From the human T2T-CHM13v2.0 reference genome, Homo sapiens, in the NCBI RefSeq assembly GCF_009914755.1, contig NC_060936.1: a stretch of 64,000 bases of DNA, one strand, 5' to 3'. A program made the translations under genes and the position numbers. How positions within the stretch are numbered: the first letter of the stretch is position 1; the number at the start of each line of letters is the position of its first letter. The notes beneath the pieces were generated by a model, which saw only the letters and a program-made list of their open reading frames with translations, had not been told where the DNA came from and did no database searches. This document shows, in pieces, positions 16,675 through 32,879 of this stretch.

Positions 16675-16815
16675 CAGGTACAGTCTCCCTTATCTGAAAT
16701 ACTTGAAACCAGAAGTGTTTCGGATTTGTGTTTTTTTCAGAGTTTGGAATATTTGCATTACATTGATTGAGCATCCCTAATCCAAAAATCCAAAATCTTA
16801 AATGCTTCAATGAGA
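16675..16815. mobile_element. Tigger4/Zombi (MER46-like) fragment
   Basis: CCCTTATCTGAAATACTTG...GAGCATCCCTAATCCAAAAATCCAAAATC. Confidence 0.75.
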
Positions 16816-17552
16816 AGCTCCCAAAGGCAAAGGGAAGGGATGGGGGAAAGCTGGAGAAATGATGAAAGTCTGCAGGAAGTTAGTGAATCTTAAATTCAGT
16901 TGATTAAGAAAAAGCTGTAGTAGTAGTACTAAGGACACTCCTGCCCCGTATGCCACCTCAGTCAGGCAACTATCCCACACCCATGGAGATGGTTTATTCT
17001 CTGTAGATACTGAACTAAAGACATGTCTGACTCTGAGACATCAGTAATAGTCAAGAGTAGAGGTAAAGAACAAACCATTTGAGAAATAAGGAGTGAAAGT
17101 CTACATACAAAATACTGGCATTTCCAGTCCCCTTCCCCAACACATGTCTCCAAATATTAAAATGAAACAAGTGTAATAAATATTTCCATATGTTCATATT
17201 TATCAGATTTACTGTATACAACAAATCTTTATAATGGTTCCTGTCCACCAAAAACCCATATCTCACTATCAAAGAAAAAGACTTAATTGTGGTCAAGTTT
17301 TATATAGAAAGAGAAAAAAGGAGAAAGAGAATTATATTCAGAGGTTAAATGATCTTTTAAGAGATGCCTGAAGCGGTAAATAGATAATTCAATACAATTA
17401 GGTAGTACACAAACAAAATGGTTTATGTAGTTACTTTAATATACATTAAAAATGTATATAGCTAGTATATAGAACCTGTAATTTCACAGATATTATTGCT
17501 TAGGCAAGGCAAAGTTTGTAAACTATCAAATAAATATTAACATAGGCATTTT

Positions 17553-17881
<329 letters not shown>

Positions 17882-18496
17882 CTAAACTTTCAGGCATACT
17901 ACTGCAGAGATAATTACTAAATTTGGTGGTAAAGTTAAACTTTAAAGTTAAACTATAATTCCTTTAAATGTGATTCTGGAAACTTTAAAAAATTGATACA
18001 AATGTTATTGTATACAAAGTTTAACTTTTTGAAATTAGGGGCAAGTTTTTTGGGATTTACACTGACATAAGACAGGATGACCACAGACATGCTTTTTCAG
18101 GGAAATTTTCCCAAGATAGGAATCAACATCAGGTAAAATTAATTACTGAAGCTACTGCAAGTTTAAAGTTCTAAAAACAGTTAATAGACAAGATGAAGAA
18201 ACAAGAAAGCAATTAGATAAGACAGGAGGATAACTAGCAGCTATACTGACAGAACTACCATTTTGTTTGAACTTCTACTACATGCTAGGCAGAGTTAGGT
18301 CATCAAAATAGGTAGTCTTTATGCATATCTGCCTTTTACAGATTAAAAATCTAAGATTCAAGTTAGATAATTTACTTCTAGCACCAGTTCTGGGGAAGGG
18401 AAAGTTGAACATGAAAAAAAGTATAATATAAAGGCAAAAATCCCTTTGATAACCAACTAAGTATCAAAATTAAATTCCCAATATAGTTTTCTAACA

Positions 18497-18808
18497 CAGC
18501 GGTCCCCAATCTTTTTGGTACCAGGCACTGGTGCTATGGAACACAAGACAGGGGCAGGGGGATGGTTTCAGGATGAAACTGTTCTACCTCAGATCATCAG
18601 CCATTAGATTCTCATAAAGAGCATGCAACCTAGATCTCTCACATGCACAGTTCACATAAGGTTCACACTCCTTTGAGAATCTAATGCCCCTGCTGATCTG
18701 ACAGGAGGCAGAGCTCAGGCAGTAATGTTAACTTGCTTGCCAGCGGCTCACCTCCTGCTGTGTGGCCTGGTTTCTAACAGGCCAAGGACCACAGAATGGC
18801 GACCCCTG
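18497..18808 (+). mobile_element. MER1B-like hAT-Charlie MITE
   Basis: TIRs CAGCGGTCCCC...GACCCCTG with perfect 8-bp TSD TTCTAACA. Confidence 0.9.
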
Positions 18809-19176
18809 TTCTAACATTCCTAACCTCAAAATCTTTATAAAATCCATAAAGTAAATAAAATGACTAAAGATGACTGCAGACTGGTAGGTTAAGAGATGGT
18901 CAATAAATTAGATTTGGTGCATTTAGCATTCCAAGAAGGTACTGTGCCCAGAAATTTGACAGGATGGATTCCTAATGTTCCTCTTATCCTAGCTGAAGAC
19001 TTAATTACATTGCTGGTTCGGTAAATGAAGAGTCATACCCAAAATTTAAGTGGCCACATTTCCACTTTTCAATTAAACAAAGTCAGAAGTTATTGAGCAA
19101 CCCAAACAACAACAACCACACACACATTTGGATATATGCTTTAAACTTCTATAATGTGTATTATTTGCATAAAAGG

Positions 19177-19465
19177 GACTGAGCGCAGTAATGCTTTGGG
19201 AGACCAAGGCGGGGGGATCGCTTGAGCAAAAGAGTTCAAGACCAACCTGGGCAACATAATGAGACCCTGTCTCTAAAAAAAAAAAAAAAAAAAAAATTAG
19301 TTGGGCATGGTGGCACATGTCTGTAGTCCCAGCTACCAGGGAGGCAGAGGTGGGAGGGTCACTTGAGCCCAGGAAGTCGAAGCTGCAATGAGCCATGACT
19401 ATGCCTTTGCACTCCATCCTGGGCAACAGGATGGCTCTAACAGGGGCTAGAAAAAAAAAAATAAA
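19177..19465 (+). mobile_element. AluJ (degenerate)
   Basis: Alu dimer with expanded middle A tract. Confidence 0.9.
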
Positions 19466-20160
19466 AAAACCCTAAAAGGTCGTTTAGCAATTAACTTCTC
19501 TAAGTTTTCAGAAATCCTCCTACACTTGGAATATCATAAAAAGTAGTAATTTTGTGAAACTGTAGGGAGACTCTGCTATTCATGCTTTTAAAATGTGCTT
19601 TTAATTTCTCTGACTACTAAAGGCTATAATAATGTCACTTGGAAAACAGAAAGCTGAGTGAGCATCTGAGGGTAAAAAGGAATGTTTTCACAGACTCAGT
19701 TGGTAAATACCACTGGCCCTAGCTGAACACTGTGATTCCTTAACTGGAAGCCAATCACGATCTTAATTTTAAAAGTCTCCTTGTTACATAGGGCAAAGGG
19801 CAGCCATATTATCTCAATTACTCCTTCACAGAAAACTCAAGGATTGAACTAATACTTTGAAGCATCATAAACATGTTTTCCTTTTTACCATATTTCTGAG
19901 TCTATATGAAGAGGTCAGATTTAATTGAAATAGTCAACAGGCTCAGATGTTAGTCTAGTTTGGGTATTACAAAGGGCAGCTTTTTCTTTATGTTAAGGAC
20001 ATTTATGATATATTATATATAATATACCATAGGTCACTAGATACAAAAACATATATGTCAAGGATATATATAACATACAATACATGTATGTTAGGATATT
20101 TATTATAGCATTGTCATATTAAAAAGTTGGAGAGTCTAAATACCCATCAATAAGGAAATA

Positions 20161-20460
20161 GAGCTAGTCTCAGTGGCTCATGCTTGTAATCCCAGCACCT
20201 TGAGAGGCCCACGCAGAAGGATTGCTTGAAGCCAGGAGTACAAGACCAGCCCGGTGCAACATAGCAAAACACTGTCTCTATAAAAAATTTTTAAAAATAT
20301 AGCCAGGCATAGTGGTGTGCACTTGTAGTCCCAACTGCTTGGGAGGCTGAGGTGGGAGGATGGTTTGAGCCCAGGATTTGAGGCTGCAGTGAGCTATGAT
20401 TGCGCCAAGGGACTCCAGCCTGGTGACAGGGTGAGACCTAGTATCAAATAAATAAATAAG
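20161..20460 (+). mobile_element. AluJ inserted in an old L1 fragment
   Basis: Alu consensus with TSD AATAAGGAAATAG. Confidence 0.92.
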
Positions 20461-20473
20461 GAAATAGTTAAAT

Positions 20474-20793
20474 CAGCAGTCCTCAACCTTTCTGACAACA
20501 GGGACTGGTTTCATGAAAGACAATTTTTTCACGGACTGGGCTGTAGCAGGGGGTAGGTTTTGGGATGAAACTGTTCCACCTCAGATCATCAGTCATTAGT
20601 TAAGATTCTCATAAAGAGCATGCAACCTAGATCCCTCACATGCACAGTTCACAATAGGGTTTGTGCTCCTAAGAAAATCTAATGCCACTGCTGATCTGAT
20701 AGGAGGTGGCGCTCAGGCCGTAATGTTTGCCAGCCACTCACCTCCTGCTGTATAGCCTGGTAGGGTCTGCAGCCCAGGGTTTGAGAACCCCTG
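20474..20793 (+). mobile_element. MER1B-like hAT-Charlie MITE
   Basis: Homologous to the 18497 copy; perfect 8-bp TSD AGTTAAAT. Confidence 0.9.
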
Positions 20794-21193
20794 AGTTAAA
20801 TTTCCATATCCATAAGATAATGTAGTGTGCAACCATTTAAAACAATGAGGTTAGATCTATAATGTATTGGCTACTTCACAATTAAAGTATATTTAAAGCA
20901 TTTCATTTTATGACACATTTTAAGCAAATTTTGTTAGAATTCTTGCAATATCTGCTGAGCTGCAAAGGAAGGCTACACGCTACATTGACACTGTACCTTG
21001 TTATCAACAAAACTGCTAGTTATTAAATTTTTGGTTTTTTATTTCCAATGGGTGCATGCTCAAATATTGGACCTTCAGACTCATCTGTATATTGCCAAAG
21101 GACTGTACATGAGGATTCATATTCCATATAAACATCTCAGTATATTGGGCAAAACTTACTAAAATACATCAAAGGATCTTTGATCTACTAAAC

Positions 21194-21455
21194 CAGGAGT
21201 TGGCAAATGTTTTCTCTGTAAAAACAGATAGTAAATATTATAGGCTTTGTGGACCATAGGTCTCTGTTGTTGTAGACCAAAATCTATCGGTCACAGACAA
21301 TATATGAACAGGTGTGGCTGTGTTCCAGTAAAACTTTCCTTACTCAAGTTCAACAGAGCTTAAAGGTTATTAAAAAAAAAAAAAAAAAAAAAGGTACTTA
21401 CAAAGACAGGCAGTGGGCCGGACTTGGCCTACAACCACTAATTTGCTGATCCCTG
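21194..21455 (+). mobile_element. MER58A-like hAT MITE with internal insertion
   Basis: CAGGAGTTGGCAAA...TTTGCTGATCCCTG termini; GGTGTGGCTGTGTTCCAGTAAAACTTT core. Confidence 0.85.
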
Positions 21456-22534
21456 TGCTAAAATCAAGGTGCTGCTAATGTAGTTAATCTTCTTTTTAAC
21501 AGTACCCCACATGCATGCCATTATCCTTCAAAGGCAGACCTTTATACTGCGTGCTTTCATTTTGATATTTCAAATGTTCAATTTGCAAGTTACCATACAA
21601 GTGCTTTAAGGGAATAATATCTTGTGGGACTCAATACAGAACTTCAATGTCAAAACAATTTTTCATTGTATTAAAGCACAGAAGTGTGAATAAGGCCAGT
21701 ACAATAGGAAGAAATAATTCTACACAAATACATCCTATAGTAATAAATTTGCAATCAAGAAATCCACTTGGGTGCTGGAGTAAATGGCCTTGAACAGAAA
21801 GAACTAGTATCTAGGAAATGCATAATCACATAAATAAAAATTTCTAAAATAAAGCAAAAGGTTACATTTCTAAACTTTATTTTTCTTTCTTCACACTTGA
21901 ATTTTTATTCTAAGTGACCGAACAAAAAAATACACCAAGATGAAAAGGCAATTCAGAAAAGAAATACAAACACCTAGCAAATCAGTGTAAATAAATGCAA
22001 TCTCCAAAAAAAGTAAATTATAACCAAAAGAATCGGTTAAAAAAATTAGGGTGCATAATTTGCATTTGAAGCTTTCCCTTACAAGCCTGAATCCTCAATA
22101 CCAGATCTTCATCTTCCGTATCTCAGCTCAGCCTCTCCAAATACAGCTGCCTCATCAGGTATTTCAGTTTAGATCTGGCCAGATGATCAGGCTATTCCCC
22201 TATCTAGTCTGGGCCACAAAAGACTCAAGTGACATTAAGAAAAATCAAAGAAGATGAGCCAGGCCTGGTAGCTCATGCCTGTAATTATCTGGAGGCTAAG
22301 TGGGGAGGATTGCTCGAGCCTAGGAGTTCAAAGCCATCCTGGGCTCACAAAAAAATGGCGGGGGCTGGGGGGGTGGGGCCAGGTGGGAATTTCGATGCTT
22401 AAATTCCTTGGTCTCTTCTGTAGTAGATGTCTAAACCATTTGTAAGCCGATAGAAGGCAACGGTACAATCAGTATTTTAAATCTAGGCCATGAAAGAAAA
22501 AGAAGCAAGCCAGTATCTACCAAGCTACCAATGA

Positions 22535-22940
22535 ATGAAGTGTTAGATACACATAATGGAATACTATTCAGCCTTAAAAAGGAAATTCTGATACATGCTG
22601 TAACATAGATGCACCTTTGAAGACATTATGCTAGAGGAAATAAGCCATTCACAAGAGGACAAATATGTATGATCTCCCTTCTACAAAGTACCTAGAGTAG
22701 TCAAATTAATATAGACAAAGTAGAATGGTGGTTGGCCAGAGGGGGGTGGGAAATTAGGAGTTATTGTTTACTAGATACGTAGTTTCAGTTTGGAAAGATG
22801 AAAAACTTCTGGAGATGGATAATGGTGATGGTTACAAAACAATGTAAATATACTTAATGCCACTGAACTCTACACTTAAAATGGTTCGATGCTAAGTTTT
22901 ATATTATATACGTATATGTTACCACATTAATAAAAAAGGA
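22535..22940 (+). mobile_element. L1MB-type 3' end
   Basis: AATGGAATACTATTCAGCCTTAAAAAGG...TACTTAATGCCACTGAACTCTACACTTAAA. Confidence 0.85.
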
Positions 22941-23679
22941 AAGAAAAGCTGAAAGCAATTAAGTTTACAACTGACCCTAAAAACCTTTCAACAGCATTAG
23001 TGGAATTAAAATATTTAATTTACTAAGTAATACAAAGATACTCATTGGCTAAATATACCCTGCAATACAGACCACAACCTGAGATGTGCGGATGTGAGCA
23101 GATTAAAGAAAAGCTTTCAATACAAGTCACTTTTAAAGCTTTATTGTGAAGAAGCTTCAGATTTGTAATTCTGAAGGGAATGTGTCTTTTTCAAAAGTTC
23201 TTTGGAAAAAGTTCAATCACAAAACATGATCAAAATATGGAGCATCATGAATTTATTTCATTTTCCAACCTCTATATTAAACTGCTCCTAAAATGTATTT
23301 AAAAAGAATGCATATTCTTCAGCAAATCTTTTCATCAATCACCACGTGAAAACCTTTGGCAGGGACACTGTGCATTCCTGGGAGGATTTAAATTAATTTG
23401 TGAGGGAGTGAAACCTGGCTTATAAGCAAAGAATTGGATTTAGTATTTGACAAAGAGTTCTTTTCTGAATTTAAAATGTTGTATCATGAATTCACATTTA
23501 TGTTCTCCATCACCAGTAAAGTAATAAAATAATATAGAACTTCAATTCAATTAAAAATATAGTTTTCTACGTATTTATGGTCATAGCTTTATCTGCCTAC
23601 AACAACAAAGTATTTGAAATCACATTTCTACTTTGAGTTAAAAAAATAAATTAATATTCCAACTGTAAGAAATTCTGTT

Positions 23680-24016
<337 letters not shown>

Positions 24017-24032
24017 TGAAACTCTTACCTGA

Positions 24033-24433
<401 letters not shown>

Positions 24434-25215
24434 CTCAGTGCTTATTTTTTAAGAATTCACCTCCTCATTTTATTTGTATTTCAAATTCAAATTCTTTTTT
24501 TAGAAAAATGTTAGACAAACTATTTTAACTGTAGACAACAGGAATTCATTTAATCCTGCAACTTTTAGTTGAGGCCTAAGAACTCAAACTGATTTATAGC
24601 ATCCTTATTTGTACTGAAGTAAATCACAGAAAAATCAAGCCCAGTTGGAGGTACTACTGTGTCTGAATGATATAAAATCTTCCTATAATAGCCAAATTGT
24701 CAGATCAGCTTAAAGTCATAAAACATGTTAAAACAGCTGCTGTAAACATGAGAGAGGAAGATAAAAAGGTTAACAAAAATGAAGTGATGGTCCTTAAGAG
24801 ACAGGGAAAAACCAATTAGCCTTATGTTTGGTTACATCAAATGATTAAATTTTAAATGACTGCATTTAAGATTTAAGTACAATACTATTCAAAGCACCAG
24901 CAAAGTGTGGGGGAGTTAGGGGAGACATGGGCTTGTCAATCTAATGGTTATAGTGACTAAAAATAGTAACAATGAGGCAGTACATGTGATCAATAAATTT
25001 TAAAATGGAGAGGGATGTGTTTCCATATAAATACAAAGCTTTGCATCATTTCTAACACACTGGTTCAAAAGATAGCTTTTTTTTTTGTACCCTGTCCAAA
25101 AGCAATGAGATGCTCCTTCCCATAAATCAAACAACCAAAGCTCTGGGAGAGCTGGCTTCCCTTCTTCACATGGGAAGCTGTTCATAAAGCCTAGTTCTCG
25201 TAGAGACTTACCACC

Positions 25216-25564
25216 TGTATTAGTCCGTTTTCACACTGCTACAAAGAACTGCCCAGTTTATAATAGCTGGGTAATTATAAGTAAGAGGTTTAATTGACTC
25301 ACAGTTCCACATGGCTGTGGAGGCCTCAGGAAACTTACAATCATGGAGGAAGGTGAAGCAGGCACCTTCTTCAAAAGGTGGCAGGAGAGTGTGAGCATGT
25401 AGAGAACTACCATTTATAAAACCATCAGATCTCGTGAGAATTCACTATCACGAGAACAACACGGAGGAAACCACCCCCATAATCCTATCACTTCCCTCTC
25501 TCTAAACATGGTGATTACAATTCGAAATGAGATTTGGGTGGGGACACAGAGCCAAACCATATCA
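25216..25564 (-). mobile_element. THE1/MST MaLR solo LTR
   Basis: TGTATTAGTCC...GAGATTTGGGTGGGGACACAGAGCCAAACCATATCA; TG..CA ends; perfect 5-bp TSD CCACC. Confidence 0.92.
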
Positions 25565-26499
25565 CCACCCCAGAGGGAGTTACCACTTGGGTACTGGGGA
25601 TTGCCAGCAGTTAAATGCCCTTTATTCTTTATTCTGTTCAATAACAATCAAGGAATTGAAGGAATTCTTTCAGCTCGCTAAGCTGCCAGGTATTGCTGTG
25701 GTACTCTATAGGAAAAGTTAAGGAAATAAGAGAAAGTATAAATTTGCTTAGGTGTAGCATCTCTTTTAGTTTTCTAATGCATTGCCTGGAGGCTTGTTAA
25801 GAATAGAATGTCAGGCCTTTAAACAAATCCCAGTCTCTTTAAACAAAATCTGCAGCTTAACAAGAGCCTCAGGTGATTCGTATGCACATTAAAGTCTGAG
25901 GAGTACTGGTCTTTAGGGACCACAGCTGCCAACCTGACAGCCCCAATTAGCTCCAGGCCGCCACTCTCCAAACATTTAGGCTTTACAAAGAATGTGTGAA
26001 AGCAGCTCAAAATCTAAATATGAAATGACAATTTCTCAAATTCCAGACTAAAAAGAGAGAGGACTTCAAACTAAAACATAGGTTCTTATTCCTGGCTCTC
26101 CTTAGAATTCCCTAGGCACTAGTTTTACCAAAATATCAGTGCCCAGGACCTACCTACACCAAAGGATTAAATACTGGTCATCAGTTTCCCAGGTGATTTT
26201 AACATGTAGCTAAAAAGGATAACCAATAAACTTAGAGCATGCCTTCTCAACCTTTAAATGCAGATTCGGATTTCAGGAAGTCTGTATTAAGGCCTCAGAT
26301 ACTACATTTCCAACAATATTCTGAAATGGAGCAACTCAGCCTCTGCCCTTGTGGTCCGTAAATTTAGAAACAGGTTGTCAAAAAGACTTCAAGCTTTTGC
26401 CCTCAGAGCATCTTTCTCTATAGTCAAGTATGATTACTGCCTCCAATTCAGAATATTAACATATGTGTTATAAACTGTTTTAGACAAAGTCAATACAAA

Positions 26500-27310
26500 A
26501 ATATGACATAAAATTCCTACCCTTGTGGGGTATACAGTGTAAAATATGTGAAAGAGACAAATAAGCAATTAAAATAGAGTGCTGATAGAAGGTATCTAAC
26601 CCAGATCCGGGATCAAGAAAGATTTCCGGAGTGATATCTAATAGAGATAAGCAAATGTGGGATAGAACTCCTTCAGGCAAAGGGTAGTAAATCTCAAGAT
26701 CTGAAGATGAAGGAAAGCATATCACATCTGAGGTATCAAGGTATCCTTCCAAGAATATGAAGGATAGAATATTTGAGAGGTGAGACAGAACGGGCAGAGG
26801 GAGCAAAGACGAAAACACGAAGAATGCTGTAAACCACCTTAAATATATTTTGGACTTGTCCTAAAGAAAACAGAAAACTGTATGAATAGATTTGTGTTTT
26901 GAAAACTAGTTCTAACTGCAGGATAAAGAGCAGACTAGAGGCAGATAAATTAATTAGGATCTACTATAGTGATTCAACTGGTTGATACTGGTAGCCTGAA
27001 CTAGTGTGGTAGTAATGAGAATGGGAGAGAAGTAGATGAATCTGAGCAATATCTAGAACTAAAATTGACAACATACGGTGAATGGATGCGTAACATGGGG
27101 GTGAGGCGGGGAAATATGGAAGACATATGTCAATTCAGAACATTTGTGGCAATGACTTGGAAAAACTAGGTAGATGGTGCTACTACTCACAAGTTAGGAA
27201 TACAAGAACAGGAAGGTTTAGCAGGAGAAAATTATGATGATTTAGAAAAAAGCAGAAAATGTCCAATAGGCAGACTAGCACACAGGTCTCAAGCTCAAGA
27301 GGAAAATATT
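26500..27310 (-). mobile_element. L2 fragment
   Basis: Purine-rich degenerate reverse L2 (GAGAAGTAGATGAATCTGAG, GGTAGATGGTGCTACTACTCAC). Confidence 0.65.
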
Positions 27311-28167
27311 GACTGGAAATATAGATTAGTAAATTCAATAATGACATCCAGTTCTGGCCAAGTTGGAATAATTGGGACCAGATTTACCACCATCCCTGAA
27401 ATAACAACAAAAAATAGATGAAATATACAAAATAATAGTTTTCAGAGACTAAACATAAGGCAGCACAAAACAATGACCCTGAGAGACAGAAAACAAACCA
27501 GGTGAGCTCTAAAATTACTGCAGCTTAGTGAGGGAGAACCTGGGCAGAGACCAGCACTCTCCCTGAATTGAAAAGATGGAAATGGGAGTCCAGGAATGCC
27601 AAGGTAGCTAGTTTTCAGGTCAGAGTTCTGAAGAGGAAAAAAACAGCAGAGATCTCTCTGTAATCTAAGTATTGAACAGCATCTTACGCACATGAGGAAA
27701 TACTCCAAGGCTGGGGAGAGTCATCCGAAAGGTTGAAGGAATAAACCTAAACAAAGCTGAGAAGAGGCAACATGAATGAATCTCAAGACAAGGGTGCTCA
27801 ATGAAGCTAGATTTTAGGGAAAAAAAGAGTCCATAATGTATGCTTCCATTTATATAAAATTCTAGAAAATTCAAAGTACTCTATTGTAACAGAAAGCAGA
27901 TCAACAGTTGCCTTGGGCTGGGGAAAGGATTACAAAGGAACACGGGTAAACTCGTGGGGGTGATGGATTGTTCATTCAATACCTTGAGTGTGGTGGTTTC
28001 ATGTGCCAAAACTTGTTGAATTGCACACTGCAAAAAAATGCAGTTTACTGTAGGTCACCTACACTTCAATATATTTAAAAAAAAAAAAACTATCAGGATA
28101 CATATAGTAACTAAGTTAAGGGGGTGGGTTGAGATTGCTGAGAAATCCTATATAGATTCTGAAGAAG

Positions 28168-28580
<413 letters not shown>

Positions 28581-29332
28581 TCATTGAAGCAAAGGGGGAA
28601 AAATTTTTCTCAAGGAGAAAATATGAAAGATCCATAATGTCAAACAAGATAAGGCCTTAAAATGTCCAATGTGCATATGACTGAAAGACTATGAGGTGGG
28701 CATCATGGTGCAGGAAGAAAGAGCACCAAAGCAGTCTCATATCCAAAAATTTGTGTCACTTTACCTAGAAAGACTAAGAAATCTAGAGGAATTTTTATTT
28801 CAGATTTGACAGTTAAGAAAAACACAGGAATCCTAGATGCCAACAGATCTTTGCACCTGGCATTGGCACCCTCCTAATATGTTATATTCAATATAAACAA
28901 TAATTAATTGTCCTTAAAGAGTCTTTAAAAGAAATTAGGCCAGAATCAAGCTAAGAGTTATTAATGCATACAACCCATTAAGGATAAGGAAAAGTTCAAC
29001 TTAGAGGTCTATCATCCCATCTGAATTTAATAAGAAACTAAATACTTGAAATTCTTCCAGTTTTTCTTTTTTAGTGAGTAATAGGGGGTTGTGTTCCTCT
29101 TATCGGACAACCAAGCAGAGAAAAAAGATTTTTTTGCCTTGTGTTTGAATAAAAACTTATGTTTACATACAGATGCACATCATCAGTACACATAAGAATT
29201 TAATCAGTAAATTAAATGTAGTGAACAATCTCCAAAACAAATGCAGATTTATGTTATATAACACTAAAATTTCAAGAGAATATTCATCCTTCAAAATAAA
29301 TAATACAATAAAATAGCTGTTTAATTGTTTAA

Positions 29333-29978
<646 letters not shown>

Positions 29979-31117
29979 CTAAAAAAATATCCCTGTAATG
30001 TATTTTGGCAGGGGCATTTTAGACATCGGGAAAGGTGAGTAAACATAGAAGTCCAAATCTAATCATATACTTTAACATAAATAGGCTTTATTTGTTCTTG
30101 TCATTAAAAACACTGCCTCTGGCCTCCTCATGTTAGCAGCCAATTCCCCATTTGTACAGAAGTAATACATGACTAGAGAAAGCCCATTAGCATACATTGT
30201 CCGCACCAAGAAACCCCTAAATAAGGCTAAAGTGTTAATAAAATTTTTCCATGGCAAATCCCATTTTACAACTATGCACATTTCTATCTACAGTTATTCA
30301 GATTATTTATTGTATTCTTATACAACTAAAGAGGAAAATAAACTATAGTAGATTGACAGTTCACATTAATTCAAAATCCTATTAATGATAAAAACAACAT
30401 CAACCAAGTTTTTAAAAATTATTTTGTGGTATTTGGAAAATATTTTGTCTGTTGCCCATCCTGTTTAATTTTTTTTCTCTTCTCATATTTAAAGGAAATA
30501 TTTGGATTTAAAAGACTACAGACTCCCCAAAAGTAGTTTTTGTCCAAAAGAAGGGAGATTAAAGGGGGTGGGGAAAGAAGTAAAGACATGGAAAAAAAGA
30601 TTTACTCTTCTTAAGTAACTATTATACTAGACAAGGCTGCAGGAAATAATAGTAAAAAGAAAATGCTGAGAACAATACACTCTCTCACTATGGTTAGTGC
30701 CAGGCCCATATTAACAGTTTTGCAGATAAAACTAGCCATTAAAAAGCAGTGAGCAAACATACCACAGACATTGTCGGTTATAAATGTTAACAGTACTTGG
30801 AGCTTTCCAATCAGCTACAGTGAACTGTCTAAAGTCTCTTACAAATTTATCCCAGTCAAGAGTAGCCAAGGAAAATGAAATGAGGGAAACAGGTAACAGC
30901 ACAGATAAAATCCTTTTTCCTAGGGCAATCTTCATAGTGGCACTGACAGGAATCTCCTCCTTCCCCAATAAACTGAAAATGTTATGAGACAGAGAATGAA
31001 AGGAATTAAGTATCCCAGGACAATTCAAGATGACAAATAGAAACAAACAGAAGTGCTAAGAGGTTATACTGAGAGAAGTGTGTTATAAGAAGCCTTCCAA
31101 ATGATGTTATGCACTAA

Positions 31118-31539
<422 letters not shown>

Positions 31540-31607
31540 ACTGTATTTTTTTTTAAAGTATATAATTATATAGACTACAGAATATAAAGATTAAGTCCAT
31601 ATAGCTA

Positions 31608-32002
<395 letters not shown>

Positions 32003-32743
32003 TTACAAACAAAAGATTTCAAATCCATTATGCCATTAACAACCTTGAAAGAAAAAATCTCTGGAGATATCCACACATATTTCTTGGTAAAAACAGAAAA
32101 TATCTCCAGAAGGATACTTAAGAAATAACAACAATGGCTGTCTGCACCACTTGAAATTTTATCATGGACATGTCACTCTTTTCTTAAGAAATTAATTTAT
32201 TACATTTAAGATAATGTTTTAAGCCGTAAGAAGATAGTTTTCTTACTCAAAAATTTTATGTTAGTAACATTTTACACTTAAAAAAACTATTAAAACTAGG
32301 AAATCTTCAAAGTTTGATTCATTTTAAAGACATTATTACATACATTAGACCAAAGCCCTCTCCCTACACCATGTTCCCCTTATCCTCACAAACACTTATT
32401 TCAATAGGCATCTATGAAAAGTCTATGTGTCATCAGTAAATGGTAATATGATCAGCTGGGGCCATACACTAAGCAGGGGAGACTACAGAGTTCAGGGAAT
32501 TATAATATAGTAGGGTTACAGCTGCTTAATCATATTCAGAAGGTAAAATGGAAAAGTAACAAAAAGTAAAAATAAATAAAAACATCTCAAACAATAACCT
32601 AAATGTTGCCACTTTAATAAATGATAAAAAAAGATTCTCATACCCAAAGATAGTATTTTCAAAAAGCTCTATTTCAACTTGAAATTCAGGGCATATTACC
32701 TAAATGACAGAAAAATCTCAGTCAATACGCATAGTAGCATTTA

Positions 32744-32879
32744 GCTAAGCACAGTGGCATGTGCCTGTGGTCACAGCTACTTCAGAGGCTGAGGTAGGAG
32801 GTTTACTTGAACCCACAAGTTCAAGGCCAGCCTGGGCAACATACTGAGACATCTCTCAAAAAAAAAAAAAAAAAAAAAA
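32744..32879 (+). mobile_element. FLAM/Alu monomer
   Basis: Single monomer plus A tail. Confidence 0.85.
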
